This document shows positions 13,600-26,186 of a stretch of 64,000 nt of DNA, piece after piece (within the stretch, counting starts at the first letter, position 1; each line of letters begins with the position of its first letter). The stretch comes from Paramecium tetraurelia. Lineage: Eukaryota. Location of the stretch: the NCBI GenBank assembly GCA_000165425.1, contig CT868096.1, forward strand, positions 62,001 through 126,000, in the 5' to 3' direction. The notes below the pieces were generated by a model. That model saw only the letters and a list, made by a program, of their open reading frames with translations. It did not search any database and had not been told where the DNA came from. The position numbers and the translations under genes were made by a program.

Positions 13600-16500
13600 T
13601 CAGATACTTTCATCCATATTTTTGAATGAAGAATTACAGCACTTGTTGATAGATTTGTTCAATCTGATTGACCTAAGTTTTTCCTTAATATTTCTCCTTT
13701 TGTTTTCATTAAATTGATTGTGACAATGTTTCTTCAAATCTTCTAAAACAGCAATTACATTAAATTTTGGAAAGTATAACTCATAGTTTTTCATTTTATC
13801 AATGTCGATTTCTGGGGCATACAATATAGTTCCATTTGTTTACAATTATCCTTAGAATTGATTTTTATCATTCTCATTCTCTACATAATAATTGCCATTT
13901 GCAATTTTCACAGAAGGATGGTTATGCTATTATTAATGGTTACCCTTTAGAGGCATATTGGTATCTGTTCTTACTACCGAAGTTCTTAAATTATTTTGAG
14001 TGTAAGGACTTGATCCTTATTTTATTGTATTGTTGGTGAGATTGTATTAATTGAAAGTTGCATTAGACTAAGAATAATCTCGAGGATCAAATTCATTTTC
14101 AGTATTACGTTAATATGAAACATAAGGGTTCTGTAATGTTCCATTTGAATCATCATCTTAATTTTAATTTCTCAAAATATTAACATTTTAGCCTAACCCA
14201 GTTTTAAGCTTCTGATTCATAAAACTTGTTCTCATTTTCTCAAATTAAGAAGACACTTTTTTTGGGGCAATAGAATGAGTATCTGGTTAGTGAGAATCTT
14301 AAGACTAGCTATCCTAAGATTAGTTGGATTTTTCATGAAATACTTCCTAAATATCAAAACCTAGTTAAACGAGATATGATTCATTTAATTAGCTAAAATA
14401 TTTATGTAGATATTTACTCTTCATTTAAGTATCCAAAATTAATAATAAAATCAATGCCTTAATTTAAGATATTCTGATGATCAGACAAATTGGATTTTCT
14501 TTTAACTTATCTTAATCTATCATACTTAAGTCTTTGTTGATTTTGACTCGCATTTGCATTTCTAGCTATTTTATAAATATTGGTTTGATAAAATACAAAA
14601 GGACAATCCTTATATCTATGAGTCCATTTGCACACATCACAAGTTCTGCCATATGTTTTTTAGTATGTTAACTTTTCCCTTAATTAATGGAACAATTAGC
14701 GACAATCTTCATCTTCAGAAATAACTTGTAAAAAATCATTTCTTTCAATGTAAACAATAGATAAAAAGGTCTGGGATTTGAAATAAAATTGATAAGACGA
14801 ATTAATAATAAACTCTAATTCTCCTATGATATCTCCTCTTTAATAATTTCTTTGCATCATAGCAGAGTTGACCTCTTTCTCATTCTTTTAGAGAGCATCA
14901 AATCCTTTAGAAATGAAGTAACTGTTAACTTGGCCATCCAAAATAAATATTAATTTATTAGCTGGATCATAGACATTAACGATTTCATAGCCAGGAGCAA
15001 AAGTAGCCTATTTGATTCTTTGACATAAATTATTAATGAGGTTTTCTGGAACATTCTCCTTTAAGAATTTAGATTTCATTAAAATTGGTTTATAAATGTC
15101 AATTAATACTTCTTATTTTAGCGACCCACTCAATTTATTTAAAACAGAGTCGTCTTACTCTTGCAATTATTCATCTATTTGATGTTTAAACTCAAAGTAT
15201 TTTCTAACCTTCAAGGACAGTTATAAATTTAATTGCTTCTACTTAATATATTGATTGACTTTTTTCATCGATTTTTTCAATAAAGCCTTTTTCTCCCCTA
15301 AAGTTTTTAAGATTTCTCCAATCATGGAAATGATATAACCGAAAACACCACACAACACCATAGCCACCACAACTACATAAAGTCTTTCAATCGAAGTTTA
15401 AGGTACAATATCTCCATAACCAACAGTCAAAGTTGTTATAACGCTCCAATATAAGGATACTATGTATCTATCATACCATTCCTGATGATAATGGCCGTAA
15501 TAAATGAGCCAACTGTTTTCATCTTGATACACTTCATATTCGATTCTTCCCAATAGGTGCCAGCCACAACTACACATGTGAGCGACTAAAACCAAAAAAT
15601 ATACTAGTTTTCCTAATTCGATCACTGCCTGAACTTCTTCTTTAGCATTCAACAAATCTTCTACATTCTGTATCATTGATCTCACTCTTGCTATACGCAA
15701 TAGCAATATAAATTGAATGTAAGGGATGTTAAATTAGGCCAAAATAAAGGGTATTGCTATTAGCAGATCCCAAATAAAGTTGTTTGAAATGTAATGAAAA
15801 AATATATCGCTACGATTGGTGTGAATGATTCCTTGACTGTAAAAGGCAGTGTTAAAGTTGAGAAGAATTTCAACAATAAATATATAACTTGGAATGGTTT
15901 CGAATAATAGGGTTGAAATTTGGCTTGATTTATCCAGTTCAAAACTTAGACTCATCGGAATATAAAATATATTGATAACGATGAAACACACTACTACTGT
16001 GTCCCAAAAAATCTTAAATGTACTTTCAGGATATATTATCCCTATTTTATTTAAATATTGGCTGATAAAATTCCAGAATGAAAGAGTTTAGAAAATTATC
16101 TTATTAAATATTTGACATATTAAACCATTTAATATGTATTTTTGATTGCCTTATTTGAAATTTTCAAAATCACCGCTTTTATCGCCCAATTTAAGGAATA
16201 TCTCTTAATTCATCAACTTAATCTTTAGTTTATCTGCTTTAGTTTTGAGTTAATATATGAATCTAGCAACATATTTTATAATTTTCAATCCTCCCTTCTT
16301 CCAAGTTTTATTCAAACTCTCAATTAAAAAAAATACTTTACCTTTCATTGAAATGCATGCTGGATTACATATAAAACCCATCTTCGTTTTACAAAATCTA
16401 GTCATTCCTAGGAGATAGTACTTTAACGGTTGGAATCATAGAACTTCTAGATTAAATCAACTCAATAAAGTTTATATTTCTGCTGTTTTCATACAATGAA

Positions 16501-16658
16501 ATTAATTACTTTTCTTGGCTTAAATTATCACCTTAATCGGCTAGGGATTGCTGTTTATTTATCTTATGTAAATTCGATTCATTTTCAGAACCAAATATTT
16601 ATCTTTTAGTACTGATTAGAGTATAAGGGTCGCTTTCAAAATTTTAAGACGAAATCAT
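13600..16658 (-). CDS. Cyclic-nucleotide-binding-domain voltage-gated K+ channel (KCNH/CNG-like)
   Basis: Six TM segments; S4 LLLRIARVRS; pore YWSVITTLTVGYGDIVP; C-linker KVRKYFEF; CNBD-like FILDGQV...GDIIGELEF. Confidence 0.92.
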
Positions 16659-16738
16659 ATTGAGAATGAATGAGAATATAACAAGCAATAATTAATATTG
16701 AAAAATGAAATATAAAATTTAAATTATATTTAATAAAT

Positions 16739-18419
16739 ATGGAAATTGAAAAATGGAAAACCCAATGCAGGTACCTTTAGAATGAATTGGATTCAATGAA
16801 ATAACAACTATCAGATGCCAAAGACTTAATAAGATTAAATAAGGAATAATTGAAAATCTGTTATAATCCATAATCATTTGATTAGAGTAGCGAATGTAAG
16901 GCTGCATTGGTGTTGCTAAAATACGTCTAAGAAGAAAACGAAGTCTTATTGAAAAAGATTGATCAATTAAGTGATGAAAGAAACCTAGCATTCGATAAAG
17001 TAAAACCAGTATTTAATGCGCATCTAGGCCTTTATTTCTGACCAAATCAACGAATCGAATCAAAGAATGGAATCGTCGCTGATTACTAGTCTCAATAAAA
17101 CAATTACCGAATTAAAAAAGAAATTAAACGAATAGGTGTAGATGTCAAATGAAATGATGGGAACAATCTATTTAGAAAAACATGTACTTTCGAAAATTAT
17201 ATACTTTAGTTGACCCAACCAGATTAGTTGACTTTAAATTTTAATAATGTTATTTAATAAATGAATTCAATGCTATTAAAATAGAAATTACAAATGGAGG
17301 AGTTAGTTGAATAAAAAAACGATTTAGCATAACTTAATTTTAGTTTATCCAACGAAATTTTGAAAATTAGAACTCAAAGATTCACTCCCCGTAATCAAAC
17401 TAAAACATTCTGTATTTATTGAAAATATCTTTAATATAGTTAGCCAGCATGAAGATCCATCGAAATTCATTAATAATTTAGTACAATGTAAGAATTCATC
17501 CCTATTATTTAGTATAAAAGAGATTATTTTTTGATGATGATTCGCAAGATGAAAAAATGCACATGCAATAATCGGCTGTCTTTTCTCCTCTTTTCTCCCC
17601 GTCATTACCGCAAAAAGTAAAACGATAGTAAAAGTAACAAATACCAAAAGACTTCAAGCAAGAACCAGAAAAATACATACCAAAACTTGACTTAACTAAA
17701 GCTTAGCAAATCTAATAATTCAATATCAAAAGAATGCAGCTACTAGCTAATAAATTGGCAAATGAAGGCGTTGAATAGAAAATTTTTATGTAATTGTGCA
17801 AATCTATATGTCTAGGTTATAAGATGAATTGTTAAGAACTAAAAATAAGTATCATGCATAATTAGTGTTGAATTAACAGCTGGATTTATAATTGACGGAG
17901 TTGAACCTTTAAATTATGGAATTGTAAAATGTTAATGAAACATTGATCAAATCAAACCAAATATACGAAGAAAAATGGTCAAGCATCTTCTAATAGTTTT
18001 CATTCTATAAGGAGTTCTATCTAAAACACAAAGATTAGATTTAGCATAACTTATAATCATATGCTACTTCAGATGATCAACAATAGTTCAGTGTATTTGA
18101 GTTTGAAAAAGCATTGAACTCCTCTAAGATTTACAAAAAGAATACCACTCAAAAGAATCCCTCAAACAATAATCCTGCTCTTAGTATCATCAACTATTAG
18201 GATGATACTATTCAATAATCATCTTATAGGCTTCCGACTGACAGGTAAGAAGAAGCAAATAAATTCTTAACTTAATAGTATAAATGTTGTTTAATGATGA
18301 TGGCAAAAGAAGTTATCTCTTTGGATTGCCAACATGTTAAGCCTGTTTAGACTGAACACAATAAAGTGAAAATAAAAAGAAGCTACAGCAACACTATTGA
18401 GTATTTTCCTGTTTTCTGA
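16739..18419 (+). CDS. Hypothetical coiled-coil protein
   Basis: MEIEKWKTQC...; IPKLDLTKAQQIQ segment; several tiny introns (middle exons not fully resolved); TGA at 18417-18419. Confidence 0.65.
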
Positions 18420-18510
18420 TACCCCATAAGTTTATGTGTCTTATCATAGTTCTACCCAATTAATTCAAAAAGATATAAAATTAAAGTATTATTATTATTG
18501 CAATTTATTA

Positions 18511-19992
18511 ATGACCGATTAAGAGCCACACATACTATGCTTTAATATCAAGGCTACCAAAGAATAAGCGATTAGCATATCTGTTCTCTACACCATTACT
18601 TTGAGTTTATTTTTTGGATCACTATTTGTTTTTCTTTGGACTCAAAGAACTAACATTATACTGAAGGAGAGGAGCTGTTACATTCTAATTATACAAGCGA
18701 TCACTACATACGGATTTGTAGTTTTATATCCGATGGCTGTGCTATCTTCATAAAATTATGTATATGATGACATCAGCTTTTATACAATAATATTGTATTA
18801 TTTAAAATGTTATAAGTTTTATAGCTTAATTTAAATACATTCCAATTTTATGCTATTTGTTGAGGGCCTGCAGATTTTTTTATGCTTTTCAAAGGCCATG
18901 GAAACTATTTAAGCTTTAGGGACTTAATTTTATAATAGCAATGGCTATCTGTTGTATTTCAATAGGATTACTTGAAGCATACACACAATTCGACCAAAAC
19001 ATATTCCAATAGAATGACTCTGAATACAACATCTAAAGAATTATGCCGAGAATGGCATTTGTGTATATCTCACAACTCATCTTGATTCTTGCAATATTTT
19101 TCATGAGAAAAGTTAATGTAAGATATACAGAATTATATTTTAGAAATTTCAATAGTTCGATTATTGGATAGCATTTGCAATTGAACTAATTCAGTTCCTA
19201 ATTAAAATAGTGTTGAGGAATAAGTTTAACTTTATTGATTGCAGTCCATCTCACAAAATTCCATTGTATTACTACATTGATTGCTTCAAATTGTCTTTGA
19301 TGTTATTGTGTTCAACAATCCTACCTTTGTTCTTTTAACATAAATCAATAACAGAATTACCCTTTGAAATGGAATGCTCAACTTTTAGATTGTTTCTAGC
19401 CTAACCGTAATTTATAGAACTATTTTATGAATACTTATGTTATTTTGATAGAACAAAAACCTAAAAATTAATTATGGAAGAATCTCAACACACATAAACA
19501 AACCTCAGAATCAATAATAATTACACAAGTCTATTTGAAAACGAGACTTAATTTAACATCCTCAAATCCTCATTATCAAAATGCTTCATTTCCTATATAA
19601 ATTTTTCATTGTGGCTTGAGAAGGAATAAAACGAGTCTAATGCTGATAATGATAATGAACATTTATTGAGTTCTGAATTTCAATTTATTTAAGACCTCAT
19701 CTCTGAATAGAATGTACCCAAAATGCCCTCCACTTAAAAATACAATAAGTAACTTGCTAATTAAGGTATAAATGATTCAGGCAGATTGGATTTCACTCAA
19801 GATCAAATCAATATCAATAAAGTTGAAAAAATTTGGTTGTACAAAGAGATTCTTTATGAAATTTTAAAAGAAGTGTTTGAACAACATTTCAAATACACTA
19901 ATTCTTACTAGACATTGTATGAACATTGCGAAAGAAATAGAATAATATGGATCAGGCTAGGATAAATTGGATTGACTGGGAATAGTAATTGA
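18511..19992 (+). CDS. 7TM protein with C-terminal RGS-like domain (7TM-RGS-like)
   Basis: Seven hydrophobic segments with ILKERSCYILII and CYLLRACRFFYAF; cytosolic tail begins FRLFLAQPQFIELFYEYL and ends LYEILKEVFEQHFKYTNSYQTL; two introns. Confidence 0.65.
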
Positions 19993-20334
19993 GTTTCAAA
20001 GCTTGTTTGTCATTTTCATATATTATAATTGAAGTATTCGTAATATCATTTTCGTTTTTACATAAAACTCCTTGTGTGAGCTATCATATAAAACAATCTC
20101 CAATATTAATTAATATTAATTTTTGAATTTTCAGATTTTACTAAAAATTATTCTAATATATATGAATAGAGCTAGGCTTTTCCTCTTAACTTTAAAAACA
20201 AAATTGTTGTTCAATTTAGATTACCAAAGTTTCTAAACTGAAGAATTATTTTAGAATCCAAGCATTCCAATTATAAACAAAAAAAAAATTCAATTAAGAT
20301 TTCAATTTTAAGTTAAATTACTGTAAAATAAGAA

Positions 20335-21766
20335 TGCTTGAATAAACTGAGATAGATAAACAAAAAAAGTTTGAACACATAGGTAAGCTAATTTATTGTT
20401 GTTTTTTCTGTATGCTCTGTTATTCGTTTTAGATTGCAGGGAAGAACATAACATACAACATTTATAACTAAGTATGTGATTTTGAGAAAGAATTTTTTAG
20501 GCTAACTTAACTTTTATTTATCCAATGCAATTCGGAATCAGCCACTTTATCTCTCCATTTGCTCTACTTTTTGTGGATGCCATCATATCAAATTTCAGGA
20601 TGGGTTTTGTAATTTATTTAGGAACCTTTAATGCATTTACATATTTATTAGGTGCATTAATGGTTGCATCTTGCACTGAAGATGAGTTTTTTTTTTGCAA
20701 TGTACGACTTACGTATTAATTAGTCCTACACATTGACAATTACGATAGGAATTGAGACCTTTTTTGGAGGAATTGCCAATTGTATATTCTATGTTTCATA
20801 TGCAGTGTATGCAAACTCATTAACTAATTCCTATAATAAATAGTTATACTTAGGAATAGCATATTCTATACTGTCAACTTGTTAAGTCTTAGGGAATACA
20901 ATAGGTAATAGTTTTTTCATTTTAGGATTCTTTTTTTCTAGTAAGGTCTCCATTTTTCATTACTACTTGATTTTAGTTATAGCCATTCTGATTATCTAAG
21001 TCTTTTTGCTATTTGTAAAGGATATAAGACCGAAAAATGAACGAAAAAAAATAATATTTGGATAATTAATAAAGCAATAATTAAATTAACTCAGAATAGC
21101 ATTTTCTTATCCTAAATTTTAATCCTTAATCCCATACACACTATTTTCCTCAATGGTACATAATAGTTACATCATGTTAGCTCTAAGGCTGTTATTTCAA
21201 TGTACTTCCAGTGCTTTTAAAGGGAGTTTTGGGAAAAACGGATAACCAAAAATCATTTATTATGTTCTTCTTTGGAGGAGTAGGATCTCTATTAGGAGGC
21301 TTTGTAAGTGGAAGGATTGGACATTGGACTAGTTTATTTAATGTAGCATGGTTTCAAACATTCCTAGTTGGCCTATTTTGTGTTTAATCTTTCTTTTCTT
21401 ATGCTGATAAGATTTTAATCATGACCTATTCAAGTGGATTCAATTTAGGATTATCATATTCAGGATTGGAAGCATTGCATGCAATGATGATTGCAAAGTT
21501 AATAAATAAGGAAAACTACTATTATGTTGCCAATAGTGCTGTTAGTGTAGAATTATAAATATTATAATTAGAGTCTAGCATCGACTATCTTATCCCTTGT
21601 GTTTATTTTTTTAAGTAAAACCACATTTATGTATTTCCTGTACTTTATGTTATTGTTGATTTTCTTAAATGTAGCATTTCTGGTGATTTCATAAAGGCGG
21701 TTCTCAAACATCAAACAAGTAAGCCTTATCAATACAGAATAATCAGATTCATAAACTAAGGAATGA
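20335..21766 (+). CDS. Major facilitator superfamily-like (possibly UNC-93-like) multi-pass membrane transporter
   Basis: Many hydrophobic helices in two blocks; GSLLGGFVSGRIGHW resembles an MFS loop motif; multiple tiny introns; start approximate. Confidence 0.7.
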
Positions 21767-22043
21767 GTGTTATTTGTATTATTATTGTGTCAAATTGGTT
21801 ATAATTTGTAAATATATGAATTATAATTACTAAATTGTGAGATTCCATCTGATTATTTGTGAGTTTAAATGCCAAAACTAAAGTTCAGTATTATGAAAAA
21901 GAACGACTACTGATATTTTATTAAATTTAAAAGAACATTCCTTAATAAAGAGGAAAATTTTATTAGTTATCTAGTCAAAGATAAATAATTATTTATTTTA
22001 ATTTAGTTGAATCATTTATTCATAATTTATATTATATTAATAA

Positions 22044-25000
22044 TCATTAATCAATAGAAAAATGTTAATTAGTTTAGAATCTGCTAGAATTCTAATTAGT
22101 ATTTGATTGATTCGCAAATTTTTGTTTTGTTTCATACAATGGATTAAAAGGCTTCAATATTGAAAGGGAGGTTTTCAATAACTAAAATATACTTTTATTA
22201 ATACCTTTCGTTTGGAAAACAAGGAACAAGTAAACCCTAACTTCATTATAAATCTTTATAAGTGACTACATACAATATTAAAACCACATTGTTTATGAGC
22301 AGCAAACACCTTTTGGTAGAACCCTTTAAACTCCTGGAAAGTGATTTAATCTTTCGGATTCTTTTTGTAGAATCGTTTTAACATATCTTAAACTGCAGCA
22401 GCTCCTTTAGTTTTTTAATTATTCATGCTATTGTGGAGTTTTTTCATAAAATTGTCTGATTAGAGATCATTTTATTTGAATTATTCTAAAGATTAACCTC
22501 CATTCTCATTGGCCATTATTTATTTTGCTAATTCTTCATATCCTAAATCTTCTTCTTCAGGTTTGATTAATCCCTCCATCTTTAACGCCTATTCTTACTA
22601 TAATAACAGCTATTTTTCTAGTTCTCCCTTGGATTTCATTAAAATTGAACTTTTTTCTGAGTTTCCCTGATCATGTATATCTAGAGAATTCCTTTGAGTT
22701 AATTAACCAACTTTACTATCTAAACTTGTTTTTGTCTAAGGAGGTTCAAATTAATTAAATTCTTATGGGCCATTTATCTTTTATTTTCCTTAAGAATCAA
22801 GTGATCTTTAATTTCTAAGTTGTTGTTATCTAAAAGATTCTTATGATAGTCGAGAACTCCTTGGGGAAGCGACCTCGAACTACCTAAAATACTCTGAACC
22901 TTCATTTGCAGTCTAATATATAACTTAACTTTGATTCAAAGCTATTGCAACTGCTGTTTCCAATTTTTTAGGTAACTATTGAGCTATTGTTTATTTGATG
23001 TTCAAAGGAAGATCTAATTGAGTAATTGTGGTTTATAGTAATTACATTAATAGGTAGTTTTCAGTTTAGGTCTCCTAATCAATGTGTCCTAAATATAATT
23101 TAATAATATTTACTTTAATGCCAATAAGTAGTGAATTATTGTTAATCTTCATCATTCAATTTGATAATCATTTAGAGTTATTACGGTACGGATGTACTTG
23201 ACCTTTTGATAGCAGAACTACCATTAAATTTTAGTTATTCCTTTTTGTGCTTAAATTATTCATCTGCATCTTCAATGCTGTTCGATTATTTTAAGGTAAA
23301 TTTATCTAAGCTTTATTAAGATGTTCGATTTGAAGGAATCTCCTCAACAGTTTCAATTACCTAAGCATCTACAGTCTTTTTTAGAGCCATATGTCTACTT
23401 TAAGATTTCTATTATCCTTTTTTTATATGTTCTTTTTAAGTGGTGCTTCTTGAAAACTTCACTTTAGCATTGCCATTCTCTGATTGACTATCTTCACTCT
23501 CTTAATAATATTCCTAACCTTCAGTTTGAATTCTCCTTCCAGTGGCATTCATTTTTTTATCCACTGATTTAATTCTCTTAGACTAATTCATGGGTTGTCC
23601 AGATGATGTCCTTTGTGTTTCAAGATTAGTGCCTGCTTATGTATCATCTTAATCCTTAATTGAATTTTAATTCTTAAAAAAATCTTTGGATGCAACTTCT
23701 AAAGTAGTTTATCTTCTTGTGACTTTATTAGAGAAGGCCTGCTTTTTAATTTTTTATTTTTTCAATTCAGCAGATTAATTTAGGGTAGAATCCTCTTCTT
23801 CTATTTTAAGAATGGATTTCTATTTTTTTTTCTTTGGATTGAAATTCGTTTAACTCAATTGTAGTGATAATTTAACTGACCTTTCTGAATTAGACTTGGG
23901 ACTATCTGTTTGTCTAGTTTCCAATAAGGTTTGATTTTTAGATTTAACTTTTTAATTTGCTTTGACAGTATTTGAATGAGTTGGAGATCTCTCGAATCCC
24001 ATGTCATCCAATCTTTCTCTATTTGAAATTTCACTAGTTTTATACATCTATTATGAAGAATCCAATCTCTAATCAATAGAATAGCCATCTTCATTAAATT
24101 AATTGTCAAATTCATAGACAGATTTATATCTACTGGTTAGTCTAGGTGAACCATTTTGTGAGTTTTGAATGTTTTAATCATCACTTTTATCTTGAAACTC
24201 TGTATTTTAGTATTTTAATTCTCTCCCTGAATTTGGAGTTATTTTATTTAATTCACCTTTGAGTTGATACACTTTTTATTAGAATTGCTGATTATCTTTT
24301 TATAATTTTGAAATTAAATTTTGCTATCCAATATCAGAACATTGTGTAGTTTAATCTTGAAAGCTCTTGGAATTCAAAGAAGATAATTGCTTTTCTAATT
24401 TCTTAAATTCATAATTTAATTGTGCTTTATCCTATTCTGACTTACTAACATTTAACTTCATTGACTCTAGTTCTAAGGCTGTTTAAATGTACTAATTTTC
24501 TGTTTGTCTAACCTTATTCTATAATTCAAATATTTCTTAAATCTTCTTGTCCACTTCCATTTTCTTTTCAATCAATTCCTATCTAATTTTTTCACTTACC
24601 TGAGATTCATCCGCCGAACTTTAATTACCTCTCTTAGATGAACTTAATTTATCTTTTTTATGTTGAGGCTACTAAACTTATAATGTTCTGCTTTTCAATA
24701 ATTCATCCTATTTTTATTTCTGTTACACTTATTAAAACAATTTAGCAACAATCTTAAACGTTTCCGATTATATGTCCTTATAATTATGGGTAACATGATG
24801 AATGAATTCCTCCAACACATCCCTTGCCCCTTAAGGTTCCTACTTAGAAGCCTCAACCATCAATTAATCCATTTCTGTTGACTTAGTGTAAATAGTCTTA
24901 TAGATCTATTTTAATTTTTCAGTTGCTGATGATTCACCCATTTGAGTAAACTCGTGTTTCTCTTGCATCACTTTCTGTATCTCCTCTATGTTCTTTTAGT

Positions 25001-25703
25001 TGTCCTTGATTATTTCTGATAATTTAATCTCTAGGTAATCCTTATTGAATCCTCTTATTGCTTCTTGAATATCCAAATTAGTATCTGTCCCTTCACTTAA
25101 CATTATTGTTATTTTTGGATCGTAACGTTTCATTACTATTTGCATATTCAGTTTATTGCTCTATTTTAAGACTTCCTATAAAATGTCTCTTTAATTATCA
25201 TCAATCTCATAGTTCATTTTATGCTTGTATTCAGTTTAAGGTTATCCAGAAATAGAAGGCAATCCTGTCTGTTAACTACTCATCTATCTCATCATGTTTT
25301 TATTCTAAGGAGTCTGGTAACTTGATACTCGCACACCTCCAAATTACCCTATTTCTCCAATGCCATCCTTCATTTATTTTTTGGTCTACGATATTAACTC
25401 TGCCTTTTATTGATAGTCACTTGGCTCATTGTCAAACTCATTAACCATTTTACTATTATAAACAGCCTTGTATAATTCTTTCCATACTGATGATAACTTA
25501 TTCACGATATGACTAAATTCATTCAAATCTCTTGATTACAATTGAAACCCTATTTCATTAGCTGCAGCATCCAAATTATTCGCCACTGTTTACAAATTCG
25601 CTAAAGTGCCCTACTTAACTATTGATTTATTCAACCCTTATAAATATTACTGCAGTTTCTGTAAACTCTAATGCTCTGCTTAACTCTATTGAATTGATAA
25701 CAT
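22044..25703 (-). CDS. Large coiled-coil / low-complexity protein with C-terminal H-x2-C-x4-C-x-H motif
   Basis: MLSIQQSQ...; about 1,200 codons open in code 6 with few introns; C-terminal AHKQCGFNIVCSHLQRF. Confidence 0.75.
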
Positions 25704-26186
25704 TTTGGTGTTAAATGTATTGTTTAATATATAAAATACAAAAATAATAATTAACTCAAAGTAATTAGTAACAATTATTTATAATATTTCTTAAAAATGC
25801 TGGATTTATAATTAATTAATTTTATTAAATGCAAAAGTTTATCTTAATTTAATCTATAATTTATTCAGAAGTTTTACAACAAGCAATTATAAAATAAATA
25901 TAGTGATGCAGTTGATATTTGATTCATATATATATTTTATTATTTGGGATTTCTTAATTTTTCATATTATGAATTGTTAAGTTTCAATTTTCATATGTTT
26001 TTTCTATTTTTAATATAAATTTGACTCTAAAATATTCAATCATTAAATCATTATATCAAAGATATATATCTCTAACTTAAGTGGATATCTATGATTTGTC
26101 ACAAGTTAAGTATTTAAGAAATAACATTTGATTTATAATAAAATAATAAATTCTAAATAATTTGTGCAAAGAAATTGATATTGTAA

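Noticed and set aside
20162..20341. Upstream ATG ORF before the MFS gene
   Set aside because: Ends in TGA at ~20339-20341 and has no recognisable features; the ATG at 20335 fits better.
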